From: Candidatus Bruticola sp. | GTDB lineage: Bacteria; Vulcanimicrobiota; Xenobia; Xenobiales; Xenobiaceae | Assembly (NCBI GenBank): GCA_051874735.1 | Contig: JBJEGD010000031.1 | Coordinates: forward strand, 130,681 to 194,680 | Length of the DNA: 64,000 nt | Direction of reading: 5' to 3' | Part shown: positions 46,359 through 56,630 of the stretch, in pieces | Position numbering within the stretch: the stretch's first letter is position 1 | How the letters are laid out: the number at the start of each line of letters is the position of its first letter | The notes under the pieces: model-generated | The model's database searches: none | What the model was told of the DNA's origin: nothing | What the model saw: only the letters and a program-made list of their open reading frames with translations | Translations under genes and position numbers: made by a program

Positions 46359-49214
46359 GTGAACTGTTTACTAAGCTGGAAATTAAAATTGTCTGCTGTT
46401 TTTCAGCGGGAAAATTTAAAAAAGATGAATAGCAGACTGTTTATTGGGCTGCTGGTAATTTTTGTCTATTCTATTGTGGCCTCTTCTGCTTATGCAGAAG
46501 ATTTTCCTAAACGGTTGTGCGAACAAGGCAACATACCTGGCGGTACAGTTCGGACAATTATGTTAAGTTCAGGTATTAAGGCCTTTATTCAGCATGTACC
46601 TCGGTCTGAAGCCGCAGGTATAAGCCTTTCAGTTAAGGCTGGATCTGAGTTAGATACTCAAGGATCGTGGGGAAGAGCTCATTTTTTGGAACATTTGTTG
46701 TTTCGTAGAACTGCTCGTTTTTCAGGAGGCAAACTGTCAGTCTCTCTTGATAGCATAGGAGCTGATCGGGGAGCTAGCACTACTGAGAACAGTTTAAATT
46801 TTTGGGAAGTTGTGCCAAACGGCTCTGCTGAATTAGCTTTACAAATAGAAGCCGATCGTCTGAGCGGTTTAGTTTTTACCCCTAGAGAATTAGAACTGGA
46901 AAGGCGCTTGCTTATCAAAGAAGTAGCTAAACTCCGTGCTAATCCTTGGCGTTTAGTGCGCCAGCATCTGCTGAGCAGTCTTTATCCTCATCTGCGTAAT
47001 GGAGAACTTGTTCCTGATGGTGCTGCTTCCGATATTGCCAGTATAACTGCACAAGAATTAATTGATTTTTATAAGCGCTATTTTATACCTGGACGTACTT
47101 GTATTTATTTTATAACATCGGAACCTTTTAGTTTATCTGAAACGCGATTAGAGCGCCATTTCGGCAAAAATTTAATTAAAAATAGACAGAATTGGGAGAA
47201 ACAAGCGGTTATTCTTGAGCAAAATAATAAGAACAGGAAGACATCAGAAGCGGTTGTGCCTGCTTCTTCGCAAGATTTACTCTCTAAAAAAGAAACAGAT
47301 CTTTGTACCTCTAAGAGCAGGCAGGGCATGGCTGTTTTCGCTTGGCCGGCTCCTAAACTCAGTACATCCGACTATGCTGATTGGCTGGTTCTCAATATTT
47401 TGTGGGCCGATAGTTCTGAAGCTTACTTGCAAAAGGTAATTCAAGAGCACGGCCTTACTTCTAAAGTTAAGATTAATTATGACGCCGATTTTGGCGATTC
47501 TATGTATGTAATTGGAGCTCACTGCACTGCTGGTATATCTCCGCAGAAGGTGGCTGACTTGTTGGAAGAGGCCTTAAGTAATCCCGATAGCCAAAAATTT
47601 GTGGCACTTCATTTAGAAGCGGCTAAAAGGCGGGCGGTGGCTCATTTTTATAAATTGTGGCAAAATTATCAAGATAGGTTGTGCCTTTTTGAGGATCTAA
47701 ATTCAGAACATCCTGAGTCTCAGCTTATTTCAGTGCCTGAAGCTATTAAAGCTGTTAATACTGACAGTGTACTTGCTCTTTGGAATCGCCTAGCGCGTAG
47801 TCATCCTCAAACTTATATTTCTGAATCAACTGAATTTTGGAAGTCGTTTTCTGCTTCTCCTGGTCCGCGCAGAGTATTTGTAAGTTCAGAAGAGGGGTCA
47901 GATAAAGTTGCTTCTGCAACTGTGCCCAAGAATGAAAATGACAATACGAATAGTCCTGTTAAACTTTTCTATCTAGATAACGGTGTAAAGGTTCAGGTTT
48001 GGATTGATAATTCTTTGCCTATTGCGTCTATGCGCGCCTTTTTAGACTGTGGCGAGATATCTCAAGATAAGTTAATCAAGGCAGCAGCTGAACTGATGGG
48101 GCGAAATAGTATAATTCAAAATGGAGAGTCTGTTTCTTTACAAGAAGTTGTGGAGCGCGAAGGTTTTACTCTGAATTTTGTTCCTCAGCAGAGAGGTATT
48201 TCTATTAACGGATGGTGTTGCAGCGATCAACTGCCTCGATTACTGAATTTGCTTGGAGCAGTTTTGAAAAATCCTCAATTCTCTACTTCAGATGTTGATA
48301 AAATTTTACAGAAGTACAACAAAGAAGATAGCGGTGCTGCAGAGAGCGGTAGATTAAAATCCTTAACAGCAATTATTAAGGCTGTAAGTGGATCTACACT
48401 GAATAATAAAGATCTTGAGATACAGAAAATTTCTGCTTCAGAGCTTCAGGAGAGTATAACAGAACTCATCCATTCAGCCTCTATTTCTCTAAATTTTTCT
48501 GGTTGTGTCAAAACCGAAGAAATTAAGAAAATCTGTCAAGAAGAGTTAGGAGAAGAGAGTGCGTTTCGAGCTGCTGAAAATGTTTACGGTACCATACGAG
48601 CAGAGCAGTCTTTAATTAGAACTAAGGGAAGTAACCTCACTGTAGAAGGAAAGTTCTCTCCGTCAGTTCTTTTAGTCGGTCAGGTGGCGCCGCCTCCAGG
48701 GCACAGAGATTATTTCGCTTATATGACCGCATTGCAAATTTTGGGGGGCAGCAGCAGTTCCCGTTTACCGTTGCGCATCGTCCACTTAGAGAAATTGGGC
48801 AGTCGCGCTTCAGTCAGCGATATGTCTACCGTTTGCGGTAGGCCTTCCTGGGTAGCCGTTTTTCAAGTTCAAGAAGATAAACAGGACAGAGCTTTAGCTA
48901 TTTTGCGTCAGGAATTGCAACGTTTGCTCCATGGAACTTCTCAAACTGAGTTGGATCGCGCTCTGTCTGCTTGTAAAGGTCGGCTGCAGATTTCTTGGAG
49001 TAGTCCAGACGGCAAAGCTGAATGGTTGCGTTTACAAGGCCCAAGCGCGTCGCTGCCGGAGGAGCATTTGAGAGGTTACAGTAAAGTCAGTTTATCGGAT
49101 ATTAAGCGTGTAGCTTCTGTTTGGTTAAACAGCAAAAATTTAATTATCGTTCGGACTCTTAATTCAGCATCAGAACGTCCACATGGTGCTTCTAATCAAG
49201 TGGCTGTCCCCTGA
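46359..49214 (+). CDS. M16 (insulinase/pitrilysin) family peptidase-like protein, fused two-subunit type, exported
   Basis: Signal peptide; GRAHFLEHLLF inverted zinc motif; repeated M16 N/C halves; ILGGSSSSRL. Confidence 0.75.
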   Translation: MNCLLSWKLKLSAVFQRENLKKMNSRLFIGLLVIFVYSIVASSAYAEDFPKRLCEQGNIPGGTVRTIMLSSGIKAFIQHVPRSEAAGISLSVKAGSELDTQGSWGRAHFLEHLLFRRTARFSGGKLSVSLDSIGADRGASTTENSLNFWEVVPNGSAELALQIEADRLSGLVFTPRELELERRLLIKEVAKLRANPWRLVRQHLLSSLYPHLRNGELVPDGAASDIASITAQELIDFYKRYFIPGRTCIYFITSEPFSLSETRLERHFGKNLIKNRQNWEKQAVILEQNNKNRKTSEAVVPASSQDLLSKKETDLCTSKSRQGMAVFAWPAPKLSTSDYADWLVLNILWADSSEAYLQKVIQEHGLTSKVKINYDADFGDSMYVIGAHCTAGISPQKVADLLEEALSNPDSQKFVALHLEAAKRRAVAHFYKLWQNYQDRLCLFEDLNSEHPESQLISVPEAIKAVNTDSVLALWNRLARSHPQTYISESTEFWKSFSASPGPRRVFVSSEEGSDKVASATVPKNENDNTNSPVKLFYLDNGVKVQVWIDNSLPIASMRAFLDCGEISQDKLIKAAAELMGRNSIIQNGESVSLQEVVEREGFTLNFVPQQRGISINGWCCSDQLPRLLNLLGAVLKNPQFSTSDVDKILQKYNKEDSGAAESGRLKSLTAIIKAVSGSTLNNKDLEIQKISASELQESITELIHSASISLNFSGCVKTEEIKKICQEELGEESAFRAAENVYGTIRAEQSLIRTKGSNLTVEGKFSPSVLLVGQVAPPPGHRDYFAYMTALQILGGSSSSRLPLRIVHLEKLGSRASVSDMSTVCGRPSWVAVFQVQEDKQDRALAILRQELQRLLHGTSQTELDRALSACKGRLQISWSSPDGKAEWLRLQGPSASLPEEHLRGYSKVSLSDIKRVASVWLNSKNLIIVRTLNSASERPHGASNQVAVP

Positions 49215-49242
49215 GGTCAGCACCTCTGTAAAAAATTCAAAT

Positions 49243-49295
49243 AAAAAAGTAGGCCCCCATCTCCTGCAAAAATTACGGGAGATGGGGCCTCCTTT
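49243..49295. terminator. Intrinsic terminator between convergent genes
   Basis: AGGCCCCCATCTCC...GGAGATGGGGCCT flanked by A and T tracts. Confidence 0.7.
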
Positions 49296-49349
49296 ATGTT
49301 TATTAAAAAAATACGCGCAGTCGATACTTGTTACTTAGTAGAAATAAAA

Positions 49350-49943
49350 CTAAGCTTCAGCTTTCATCGATCTTAAATTGTGAATCAAGAACTCCATTAT
49401 AGCCCTGGCCATAGGCAAAATTTTCTCTTCTAAGATGCGCACCAATGCCGATCGCATATTGTCAAGGTTATGAGCGGTCGCATACGCAATAACATTCTCG
49501 TCGGAGAGCCATTCCATGGTAGGTACAAAGTAACCAACTTCAATAAAGAAGCGATCGCTCTTGCCTGCATCTTTGGATGGACGTACACTCAGACTATGAA
49601 GACTGTCGCCATAGACGCCTGCTTTCAAAATTTGCAGCACTTCCTTTTTAACGCGATCTATTACATCGGCTTCAACAACCTTTTTGTCCGTAACTTCGGT
49701 AGGTTCTTTATCTTGATCGATACTGGCATACGGAGCGGAGAAGAGGAGTATATTACCTTTTCCGTCTTCGGAAACTTCCGTTTTTTCAAAAGCGAAAGTT
49801 TTGGAACTTTCTATATCAAGAAATCTGAGGCCGCCTAATTTGGTAGGACTGCCCTGGGCTACGTAATCACGGAATATTTGCGTTAAAACGACATTGATCT
49901 GATCGGCGATGCGGTTCAGGTTCAGATTATTTTGTGCTGACAC
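49350..49943 (-). CDS. Hypothetical protein
   Basis: Likely GTG start at 49943 with SD GAGG (ORF track extends to 50105); no motif recognised. Confidence 0.55.
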   Translation of the reverse strand: MSAQNNLNLNRIADQINVVLTQIFRDYVAQGSPTKLGGLRFLDIESSKTFAFEKTEVSEDGKGNILLFSAPYASIDQDKEPTEVTDKKVVEADVIDRVKKEVLQILKAGVYGDSLHSLSVRPSKDAGKSDRFFIEVGYFVPTMEWLSDENVIAYATAHNLDNMRSALVRILEEKILPMARAIMEFLIHNLRSMKAEA

Positions 49944-50262
49944 TTTTTGTCTACCTCTTGCATGCTCTCCACAATAAAACTGAGGAATTGTAGCATATTT
50001 GCGAACTTTAGCCCGCAGACTGCGGGCCCGCTTTAGATACTGCCCGCATCTAAAAAGCGGGAGCATTTGGGGAAACACCCCATTTTTCCATAAGTTCCTA
50101 AACAATTCTGCATATCTATTTTCAGTCCTGCTTATCTATATCTGCATTTATCTGTAAAAACAGTGGGCTAAACTGCAGTCTGGATCCAATAAGGCAGATT
50201 ATCAAGGATTTTTAAGAAGCTATCTTGAGAATGACGCCAATTCTATATCTTGCATACAGCGG

Positions 50263-50311
50263 TAAAGTCCGGCTTTACACTGCTGGCTAAGCAGTATAAA
50301 GCCGGACTTTA
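50263..50311. terminator. Long near-perfect hairpin downstream of thrC
   Basis: TAAAGTCCGGCTTTA.ACTGCT...AGCAGT.TAAAGCCGGACTTTA. Confidence 0.65.
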
Positions 50312-50367
50312 TTTTATAAGCAGATATTTACAGTTAATTTGTCTTTTAACTTAATTGAGGACTATAG

Positions 50368-51627
50368 TCAGATATTAAGCAGCTGACGGAGAGTATTTTT
50401 AAGTGCCGCAGGATCGCGATCAATAGAAACTGCAGAAGTGCGCAGAGCTTTCATCGCTCCATCGACATCTTTAAGTCCATTGCCCGTAATTAAGGCTACA
50501 ACTTTAGCATCGGCGGGGATTAAATTCTCTTTCCTAGCTTTAATAAGACCGGCGATAGGAGTAGCTCCAGCCGGTTCGGCGAAGACGCCTGCGTTGGCTG
50601 CCAATAGGGCCTGTCCGTTCTTTATTTCATCGTCTTCAACAACTATGAATTGTCCTCCGGACTCCCGGACGCCGCGTAGGGCTAAAGAAGCTGCTCTGGG
50701 CATTCCTACGCTTATTGAATCGGCATAAGTGTCGGCGTTGGGATCTGCTTCTACTTTTCCGCCATTAGCAAAAGCTTTGGCCAGTACTGAAGAACCTCGG
50801 GCCTGGACGCCGATGAGCTTAGGTAGTTTATCAATAAGCCCCATACGCTTAAGATCGAGGAAACCTTTACCTAAACCGCCGATGATGCAGCCGTCGCCCA
50901 CAGAGACCGCCACATAATCGGGAGCTTGATAACCACAGTTTTCCCAAATTTCTAATGCTGCTGTTTTTTTGCCCTCTAAAAGGTAGGGATTAAAGCCGGT
51001 ATTGCGGTTATACCATCCGAAATCTTTGGTGGCTTGCAGAGAAAGCTCGAAAGCATCGTCGTAGGTGCCTCGCACAGACAGAACGGTGGCGCCGAACATC
51101 AGCAACTGAGCGACTTTGGCTTTAGGAGCTCTTTCAGGTACAAAAATTATAGTTTTCAAGCCTAAAGAAGCGCACATACCTGAAAGAGAAGAGGCCGCAT
51201 TGCCGGTGGAGGCGGCCGTAATCAAATTTAAGCCCATTTCTTGAGCTGAGGCGGCGCAAACGGCACTGGCCCGATCTTTGAGTGATCCTGTAGGATTCTG
51301 ACCGTCATCTTTAAGGTAAAGATGATTAAAGCCAATGGCTTGACCTAGGCGTTCTGCACTGTAAAAGGGAGTTTGACCTACACGAAGAGGAGGCAGACTG
51401 TCAGCACTGTGTAAAGGCAAAATGGGGGCCCATTTAGCTAAGCCGGAAGCTTTATTCTGACTTAACCGTTCAGGAGTCAGCATTTGTGACGCCTGTTGGT
51501 AATCGTACAGCACTTCTAAAATTCCGTCATTACCACAATCTTCACAGGTATAACGAAAACTATTAGGACTATAACTGCGCTGGCATATGGAGCAACGCAA
51601 TTCTGTTACAGGAAAAGTATTTGTCAT
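50368..51627 (-). CDS. thrC: Threonine synthase
   Basis: N-terminal CxxC..CxxC; NPTGSLKDRAS, ASTGNAA, EGKKT, SVGDG, EPAGA, ITGNGLKD. Confidence 0.88.
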   Translation of the reverse strand: MTNTFPVTELRCSICQRSYSPNSFRYTCEDCGNDGILEVLYDYQQASQMLTPERLSQNKASGLAKWAPILPLHSADSLPPLRVGQTPFYSAERLGQAIGFNHLYLKDDGQNPTGSLKDRASAVCAASAQEMGLNLITAASTGNAASSLSGMCASLGLKTIIFVPERAPKAKVAQLLMFGATVLSVRGTYDDAFELSLQATKDFGWYNRNTGFNPYLLEGKKTAALEIWENCGYQAPDYVAVSVGDGCIIGGLGKGFLDLKRMGLIDKLPKLIGVQARGSSVLAKAFANGGKVEADPNADTYADSISVGMPRAASLALRGVRESGGQFIVVEDDEIKNGQALLAANAGVFAEPAGATPIAGLIKARKENLIPADAKVVALITGNGLKDVDGAMKALRTSAVSIDRDPAALKNTLRQLLNI

Positions 51628-51755
51628 AGTCGCCCTGAGTTCGATTTTTTATGTCGTCTACCTTGCTAAAAATGTTTAATAGTGCTCTAATATACAGGTT
51701 TATTTTCATTAAGTATGCAGGTTACAGCTTTTTCTGCTATAAAATAGGCGGAATT

Positions 51756-52973
51756 ATGAATTTTCGTTTTTTGTCAACGATATTTGTGGTTGCTTTAAGT
51801 ACAGCTTGCTTCTTTGCTCCCGATGGGGCGTCAGCTTATCCTTGTGACTCTCACGACGAGATAGTTTCGGCTTCGTCTTCTAATCCGTCAGATGAAAGTT
51901 CGGATCAAAAACCTCGCCAAGCGATAGCTGCGCTGTCAAATAAGACTGGCTCCGAATTAGAGTCTAAAAATAGTGAATCAGCTTCAAAAAATGGAGGGCG
52001 TGCATCCCAATCTGCTGTGGGTGGCAAGTGGAAGTTCGGTGGTAAAGCAGAATTGGAATTTTCTAATTCTAAATATCCCAGTATAGTAAACAACGAACGC
52101 GGTTCTGACATGCTCATGTATGAAACTGACAAGCTCATGCCTAAACTGGAGTTCAATGCCAAATATACTAATGAAAGTTTCCTTTTCTATACTAAGGCCC
52201 GCTATCGCTTCGATAAAAATAAAATTGAGCTGCAGGATTGTTACGCTCACATCCCCCTGGGAACCAAGCAAAAATTAGTACTTGGTCGCTTCAAAACGCG
52301 TTTTGGTATAGAAAGATCGCAGTCTAGTAGTAAGGTGCTCACTTGTAATCCCAGTGCTGTTAGTGAGGCTATGTACTTAGGGCGTGCTTGGGGAGCTAGT
52401 TTCGAATTTGAGAGCAAAAGGGGCGATCAGCTGATGCTTGGTCTAATGAATGAGCATAATAATCATCGCTTTACTAGTTCAGATAACGATTTATTTGCTC
52501 GTGGACGGGTACGTATTTCTGATCATGCCTATTTAGGAGCCTCCTTTTTGGCCGGACGCCACAGCTTTAGTGAAGGCCATTCTTTGCCAGTGCAGCGCTT
52601 AGGCTTTGATTATCAACTGAAAACGGATGATTTACGTATAGATTCTGAAATAATTTACGGTCATGGCTATAACGGCATTCAAGAGGTGAGTAGCCGTTCT
52701 TTAGGTTCTTATGTTGGCACAGCTTATACATTAGACAAAAATTGGGATATAGTAGGTTTTGTCGATTGGTTCGATCCCAACTTAGATTTGTGCAACGATA
52801 GTCTTTACAACGACGAAATTAACGCTGCTTTGCGTTATGTGGTTGGCGTAAATTATTATTTAGACCGCAGCAAAGATCGACGGATTATGTTTAATTACGA
52901 GTGGAAGTCTCCTACAGAAGGTCCCAAAGTTAGCTCAAACGGTATTTATATGCGTTGGAGTTATGAATTTTGA
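51756..52973 (+). CDS. Outer-membrane porin (OprO/OprP-like beta-barrel)
   Basis: Signal peptide; LQDCYA..., GRFKTRFGIERSQSS; alternating beta-strands; C-terminal YMRWSYEF Bam signature. Confidence 0.65.
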   Translation: MNFRFLSTIFVVALSTACFFAPDGASAYPCDSHDEIVSASSSNPSDESSDQKPRQAIAALSNKTGSELESKNSESASKNGGRASQSAVGGKWKFGGKAELEFSNSKYPSIVNNERGSDMLMYETDKLMPKLEFNAKYTNESFLFYTKARYRFDKNKIELQDCYAHIPLGTKQKLVLGRFKTRFGIERSQSSSKVLTCNPSAVSEAMYLGRAWGASFEFESKRGDQLMLGLMNEHNNHRFTSSDNDLFARGRVRISDHAYLGASFLAGRHSFSEGHSLPVQRLGFDYQLKTDDLRIDSEIIYGHGYNGIQEVSSRSLGSYVGTAYTLDKNWDIVGFVDWFDPNLDLCNDSLYNDEINAALRYVVGVNYYLDRSKDRRIMFNYEWKSPTEGPKVSSNGIYMRWSYEF

Positions 52974-52993
52974 CAGTTTTTTTATAGGTGAAG

Positions 52994-53017
52994 AGTTATA
53001 TATAGTAAAATATATCG
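52994..53017. promoter_or_regulatory. Candidate ModE-type operator upstream of selD
   Basis: AGTTATAT-N8-ATATATCG, 14/16 match to the CGTTATAT-N8-ATATAACG palindrome; region is AT-rich. Confidence 0.35.
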
Positions 53018-53081
53018 GTGCAGTTTGTCGTGCTGCAGCGTTATTTAATGTTAAGTATTAACTAAACGGAGATGGAGAAAT

Positions 53082-54149
53082 ATGAGCCATAACGATGAAA
53101 ACCGGAATCTTAAGCTTACGCAGATGTGCTCCTGTGCCGGTTGTGCTGCCAAAATTAAGGCCCAAGATTTAGAAGAGCTGCTGAAGAAAGTAAATTATCC
53201 TCTAGATAGCAGAGCCCTAGCCGGACAAAGCAGCGGAGATGATGCTGTAGTTGTTAAGTTAAATGAAAATCAAGCCTTAGTTCAAACCATTGACTTTTTT
53301 ACTCCTGTAGTAGATGATCCACTGCGTTTTGGCCGTATTGCTGCAGCTAATGCCCTGTCCGATGTTTACGCTATGGGTGGCGTACCATTTACAGCGATGA
53401 ATGTGGCTTGTTTCCCAATGAAAACTATGGGGGTGGAAATCTTAAGTCTTATTCTTAAGGGAGGCTTGGAAAAGGTTCTTGAGGCTGGAGCGGTAATGGC
53501 TGGGGGACACACCGTTGAAGATCCTGAGCCTAAGTTCGGTTTAGCCGTTACTGGTCTGATCGATCCTAATAAAATGGTACGCAAAGATGGAGCTCGTCCC
53601 GGCGATGTTTTAATTCTCACCAAGCCACTGGGAACTGGGGTTTTGAATACCGCTCATAAATTCCGCGATATCTCTCCCGATGAGTTAGAGTGGGTTATGC
53701 AGTCTATGGAAATGCTGAATAAAAACGCCTCAGAAGCTATGGTGGCTGTAGGCGCCCAGGCTGGCACAGATGTAACTGGTTACGGTTTATTAGGTCACAG
53801 CTTGGAAATGGCTAGAAATTCAAATACAGTTTTTGAATTCCAGTCTGAAGCTATTCCCTGGTTGCCTGGAGCACAAGGAGCCTACTTAAGAGGAAATATT
53901 CCAGGAGGATCGGTTGCTAATCTTAAGTATGTCAGGCCCTATTTAGAGGTAGTAGGAACGGTAGCTGAACCGATTCTCGGTTTGATGGCCGATGCTCAAA
54001 CTTCCGGTGGACTTTTAATTGCTGTTTCAGAAGAAAAAGTAGATGAACTTCTTAAACGTCTGCCAGAATTTTTCAGCGCTCCAGCTGTCATCGGTATGGT
54101 GTTGGCCAAAGAGAGTAATGACAGCACTTATTTACGTATTCGCGGTTAA
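53082..54149 (+). CDS. selD: Selenide, water dikinase (selenophosphate synthetase), Cys form
   Basis: CAGCAAK, DDAVV, QTIDFFTPVVDDP, ANALSDVYAMGG, GGHTV, DVTGYGLLGH, DAQTSGGLL. Confidence 0.95.
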   Translation: MSHNDENRNLKLTQMCSCAGCAAKIKAQDLEELLKKVNYPLDSRALAGQSSGDDAVVVKLNENQALVQTIDFFTPVVDDPLRFGRIAAANALSDVYAMGGVPFTAMNVACFPMKTMGVEILSLILKGGLEKVLEAGAVMAGGHTVEDPEPKFGLAVTGLIDPNKMVRKDGARPGDVLILTKPLGTGVLNTAHKFRDISPDELEWVMQSMEMLNKNASEAMVAVGAQAGTDVTGYGLLGHSLEMARNSNTVFEFQSEAIPWLPGAQGAYLRGNIPGGSVANLKYVRPYLEVVGTVAEPILGLMADAQTSGGLLIAVSEEKVDELLKRLPEFFSAPAVIGMVLAKESNDSTYLRIRG

Positions 54150-54188
54150 CGTCTGTTTTCTGATTATATCATTGGTCTTGGGGTTTTA

Positions 54189-55277
54189 ATGGCAAGAAGC
54201 GGTTTTAAAGGAAGAGAACGAGTGTGGCAGAGCTATTCAAAAAAGCTTTGGACGCGCATTCTTAAAGATTGCAAAGCAGGGCTTATCGAAGTTCGAGCCG
54301 ATTTGCACTGGTTTCACAAAATGTTTGAAGCCGATCCTGAGTTTCAAGTGGAAATTTTTGGCCGATCGTATCCTGAAGTTAAGCAAAAGCTCGCCCCTTG
54401 GGCTCCCTTTCGCATAGGTTTGCTGATTATATCATTATTCATAGGCACTTATGGCGCTTATGAATTTTGCCAAAACTTTTTTAAAAATAATTCAGTTTGT
54501 CTGATTTTAGCGGCCGCTCTTGCTGTTATGGCTGTTACTGTCTTTGTAAGTCACGTTAAATCAGTTTATGAAGATCCCAAAGATTTGCCTTTGATAGGCG
54601 TATATTTGTTAGCTTTCTTGCTGTCTTCAATTCTGTTGCAATCTTCAAAATTCTTAATAGTGGCTTTACTTTTATTCCTATGTTCGCTCGTGTTGGCCAA
54701 TGTAGAGTTATGGATATTGCGCAAATGTATTATTAAATTGATCTGTTCAGATTATGAATTTTTTAAACAGAGTTCCGGACGTCCTAATGAAAGTAATGAG
54801 AGGCCACCTATATGTTTTTTAAAGTTCGCTGGTGAGGAGCAACGGCCGTTAGTTTGGGATGAACATAGCAATCCTGCTTTGCCTGAATCGATTACCAGAG
54901 TAATGAACAGTATTATTTGGGGGCCGCGCTTCGATATATTTTTATCTAAAACATCAGCTCAAGTCTTAGTTTTTATTGCTGCGGCTTTGATCGCTTTACC
55001 TAGTGAAGAATTAACCGTAGAAAAAGCTGTTATATTTGTTGTCTGTGCAGCTCTAGGATTAACGGTGTTTACTACTTATTTGTGTCCGTCTTCTTATTAC
55101 GCAGAATACCGAGAACAGACGGAGAGAGAAAAAAGACGCACTTATGAGGAGCCAACGCAACTGTCCATCCATTTAACCTGGATAGTTAAAAATACTTTAT
55201 GGACAGCTATTTGCATTGCTTTTTGGACTTGGCTGCTGCAGTGGATACGCGTAATGATACCTACTATTTCTTCTTAA
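54189..55277 (+). CDS. Hypothetical multi-pass membrane protein
   Basis: 362-aa ORF with about 7 hydrophobic segments; no motif recognised. Confidence 0.6.
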   Translation: MARSGFKGRERVWQSYSKKLWTRILKDCKAGLIEVRADLHWFHKMFEADPEFQVEIFGRSYPEVKQKLAPWAPFRIGLLIISLFIGTYGAYEFCQNFFKNNSVCLILAAALAVMAVTVFVSHVKSVYEDPKDLPLIGVYLLAFLLSSILLQSSKFLIVALLLFLCSLVLANVELWILRKCIIKLICSDYEFFKQSSGRPNESNERPPICFLKFAGEEQRPLVWDEHSNPALPESITRVMNSIIWGPRFDIFLSKTSAQVLVFIAAALIALPSEELTVEKAVIFVVCAALGLTVFTTYLCPSSYYAEYREQTEREKRRTYEEPTQLSIHLTWIVKNTLWTAICIAFWTWLLQWIRVMIPTISS

Positions 55278-55281
55278 AGCG

Positions 55282-55310
55282 TTGCTTTAGGTTGTTTTTT
55301 TTGCTATAAT
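55282..55310 (+). promoter_or_regulatory. sigma70 promoter (extended -10) of the rpsF-ssb-rpsR operon
   Basis: TTGCTT-N17-TATAAT with TG immediately upstream (TGcTATAAT). Confidence 0.75.
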
Positions 55311-55511
55311 GCCCACCGTGCAGCTCTATAAGAGCGTTGCTTCCTGCCTATGTGTATGGTTGGGGAGCTCTTCCTGCCCGTATAGGAACGTGTTGTAGAG
55401 ACAACAGATCGGTTTGTTCTGTGATGTTTAGCAGTTGTAAATCCTTGTCAGGATTATATTTTTTCCGTTCGTTGTGCGGGCCTGAAAGGCCGAAGGAAGG
55501 AGGTTTGCGCT

Positions 55512-55799
55512 GTGCGCAAATACGAAATTACTTATATCCTCACTCCCGATTTTAGTGAGGAAACTGTCGCCGCTAAGGCTGAGCAGTATCAAAATCAGGT
55601 AATCAACGAGGGCGGTCAGGTCGTCAACGTTAATAACTGGGGCAAGCGCCGCTTTGCTTACGAAGTCAATGGAAAAGCCGAAGGCTACTATGTAACTATG
55701 CGTTTCGATGCTGAGAGCGCTGTAGCTGATGAACTTCGCCGCGTTATGAAGAACAGCGACGAAGTACTGCGCTGCATGGTAGTAAACGCTCGCTGGTAG
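55512..55799 (+). CDS. rpsF: 30S ribosomal protein S6
   Basis: MRKYEITYIL.P, WGKRRFAYEV, EGYY; SD AGGAGG. Confidence 0.97.
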   Translation: MRKYEITYILTPDFSEETVAAKAEQYQNQVINEGGQVVNVNNWGKRRFAYEVNGKAEGYYVTMRFDAESAVADELRRVMKNSDEVLRCMVVNARW

Positions 55800-55876
55800 T
55801 TTTTTTAGCTAAAAAGGAATTTACAGACCGTAAAATTCACTTTCGAGTGAAGTATTTATTGTGGAGGGTATTATAA

Positions 55877-56317
55877 ATGTCAGTACTCAACCGAGTTATC
55901 CTTATTGGTCGTCTGGTACGTGACCCGGAAGTTAGGACTACTCCTTCCGGCAAGCAAACTGCTCGTTTTACCCTCGCTGTAGATCGCCGCAGCAGAAATT
56001 CTGAGAAGAGTGCCGATTTTATTCCTATCACTACTTGGGAGTCGGTGGCTAATTTCTGCGCTAACTACCTTCGCAAAGGACGTCAGGTAGCTGTAGAAGG
56101 ACGACTGCAGATAAATACTAAGGAAGAAAATGGAACTTACCGCACATTCGTTGAAGTGGTTGCCGATGATGTGCAGGCTTTAGGAAGTAAGTCCGACGTA
56201 CAGCCTGCTGCTGTTGGTGGTTCCAACTCGTACTCGTCTTCCGCTGCTCCCGATCCTTTAAATGATGGATTGGATGACGACTTCGGCGGCGAGAGCGATA
56301 TGGATGTTCCTTTTTAG
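55877..56317 (+). CDS. ssb: Single-stranded DNA-binding protein
   Basis: LNRVILIGRLVRDPE, ADFI, KGRQVAVEGRLQ, acidic tail DMDVPF. Confidence 0.97.
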   Translation: MSVLNRVILIGRLVRDPEVRTTPSGKQTARFTLAVDRRSRNSEKSADFIPITTWESVANFCANYLRKGRQVAVEGRLQINTKEENGTYRTFVEVVADDVQALGSKSDVQPAAVGGSNSYSSSAAPDPLNDGLDDDFGGESDMDVPF

Positions 56318-56375
56318 TCAATGCTGAGATAATTTTTTCCCTTTGTGGGGTTTTGTTTAAATTCGGAGGTTCACT

Positions 56376-56609
56376 ATGGCTCGTGGAGAGCGCCGAGGCC
56401 GCAGGCCTCGCAGGAAGGTTTGTCATTTCTGCGCTAACAAGATTGAAGAGATCGATTACAAGGAAGTCGCCACTTTGCGCAAGTATACTAGCGAGCGCGG
56501 TAAAATTTTGCCCCGCCGCATTTCCGGAACTTGTGCCCGCCATCAGCGTATGGTCACTTCCGCTGTGAAGAGAGCCCGTTATATCGCTTTGCTGCCTTAC
56601 ACCGTATAA
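56376..56609 (+). CDS. rpsR: 30S ribosomal protein S18 (zinc-ribbon type)
   Basis: [38 protein letters not shown]. Confidence 0.97.
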   Translation: MARGERRGRRPRRKVCHFCANKIEEIDYKEVATLRKYTSERGKILPRRISGTCARHQRMVTSAVKRARYIALLPYTV

Positions 56610-56630
56610 TCGATATAATTGCTCCTTGAA

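Noticed and set aside
53120-53155. Selenocysteine (TGA) in the SelD active site
   Set aside because: Codons read TGT GCC GGT TGT GCT GCC AAA; the residue is Cys and there is no in-frame TGA
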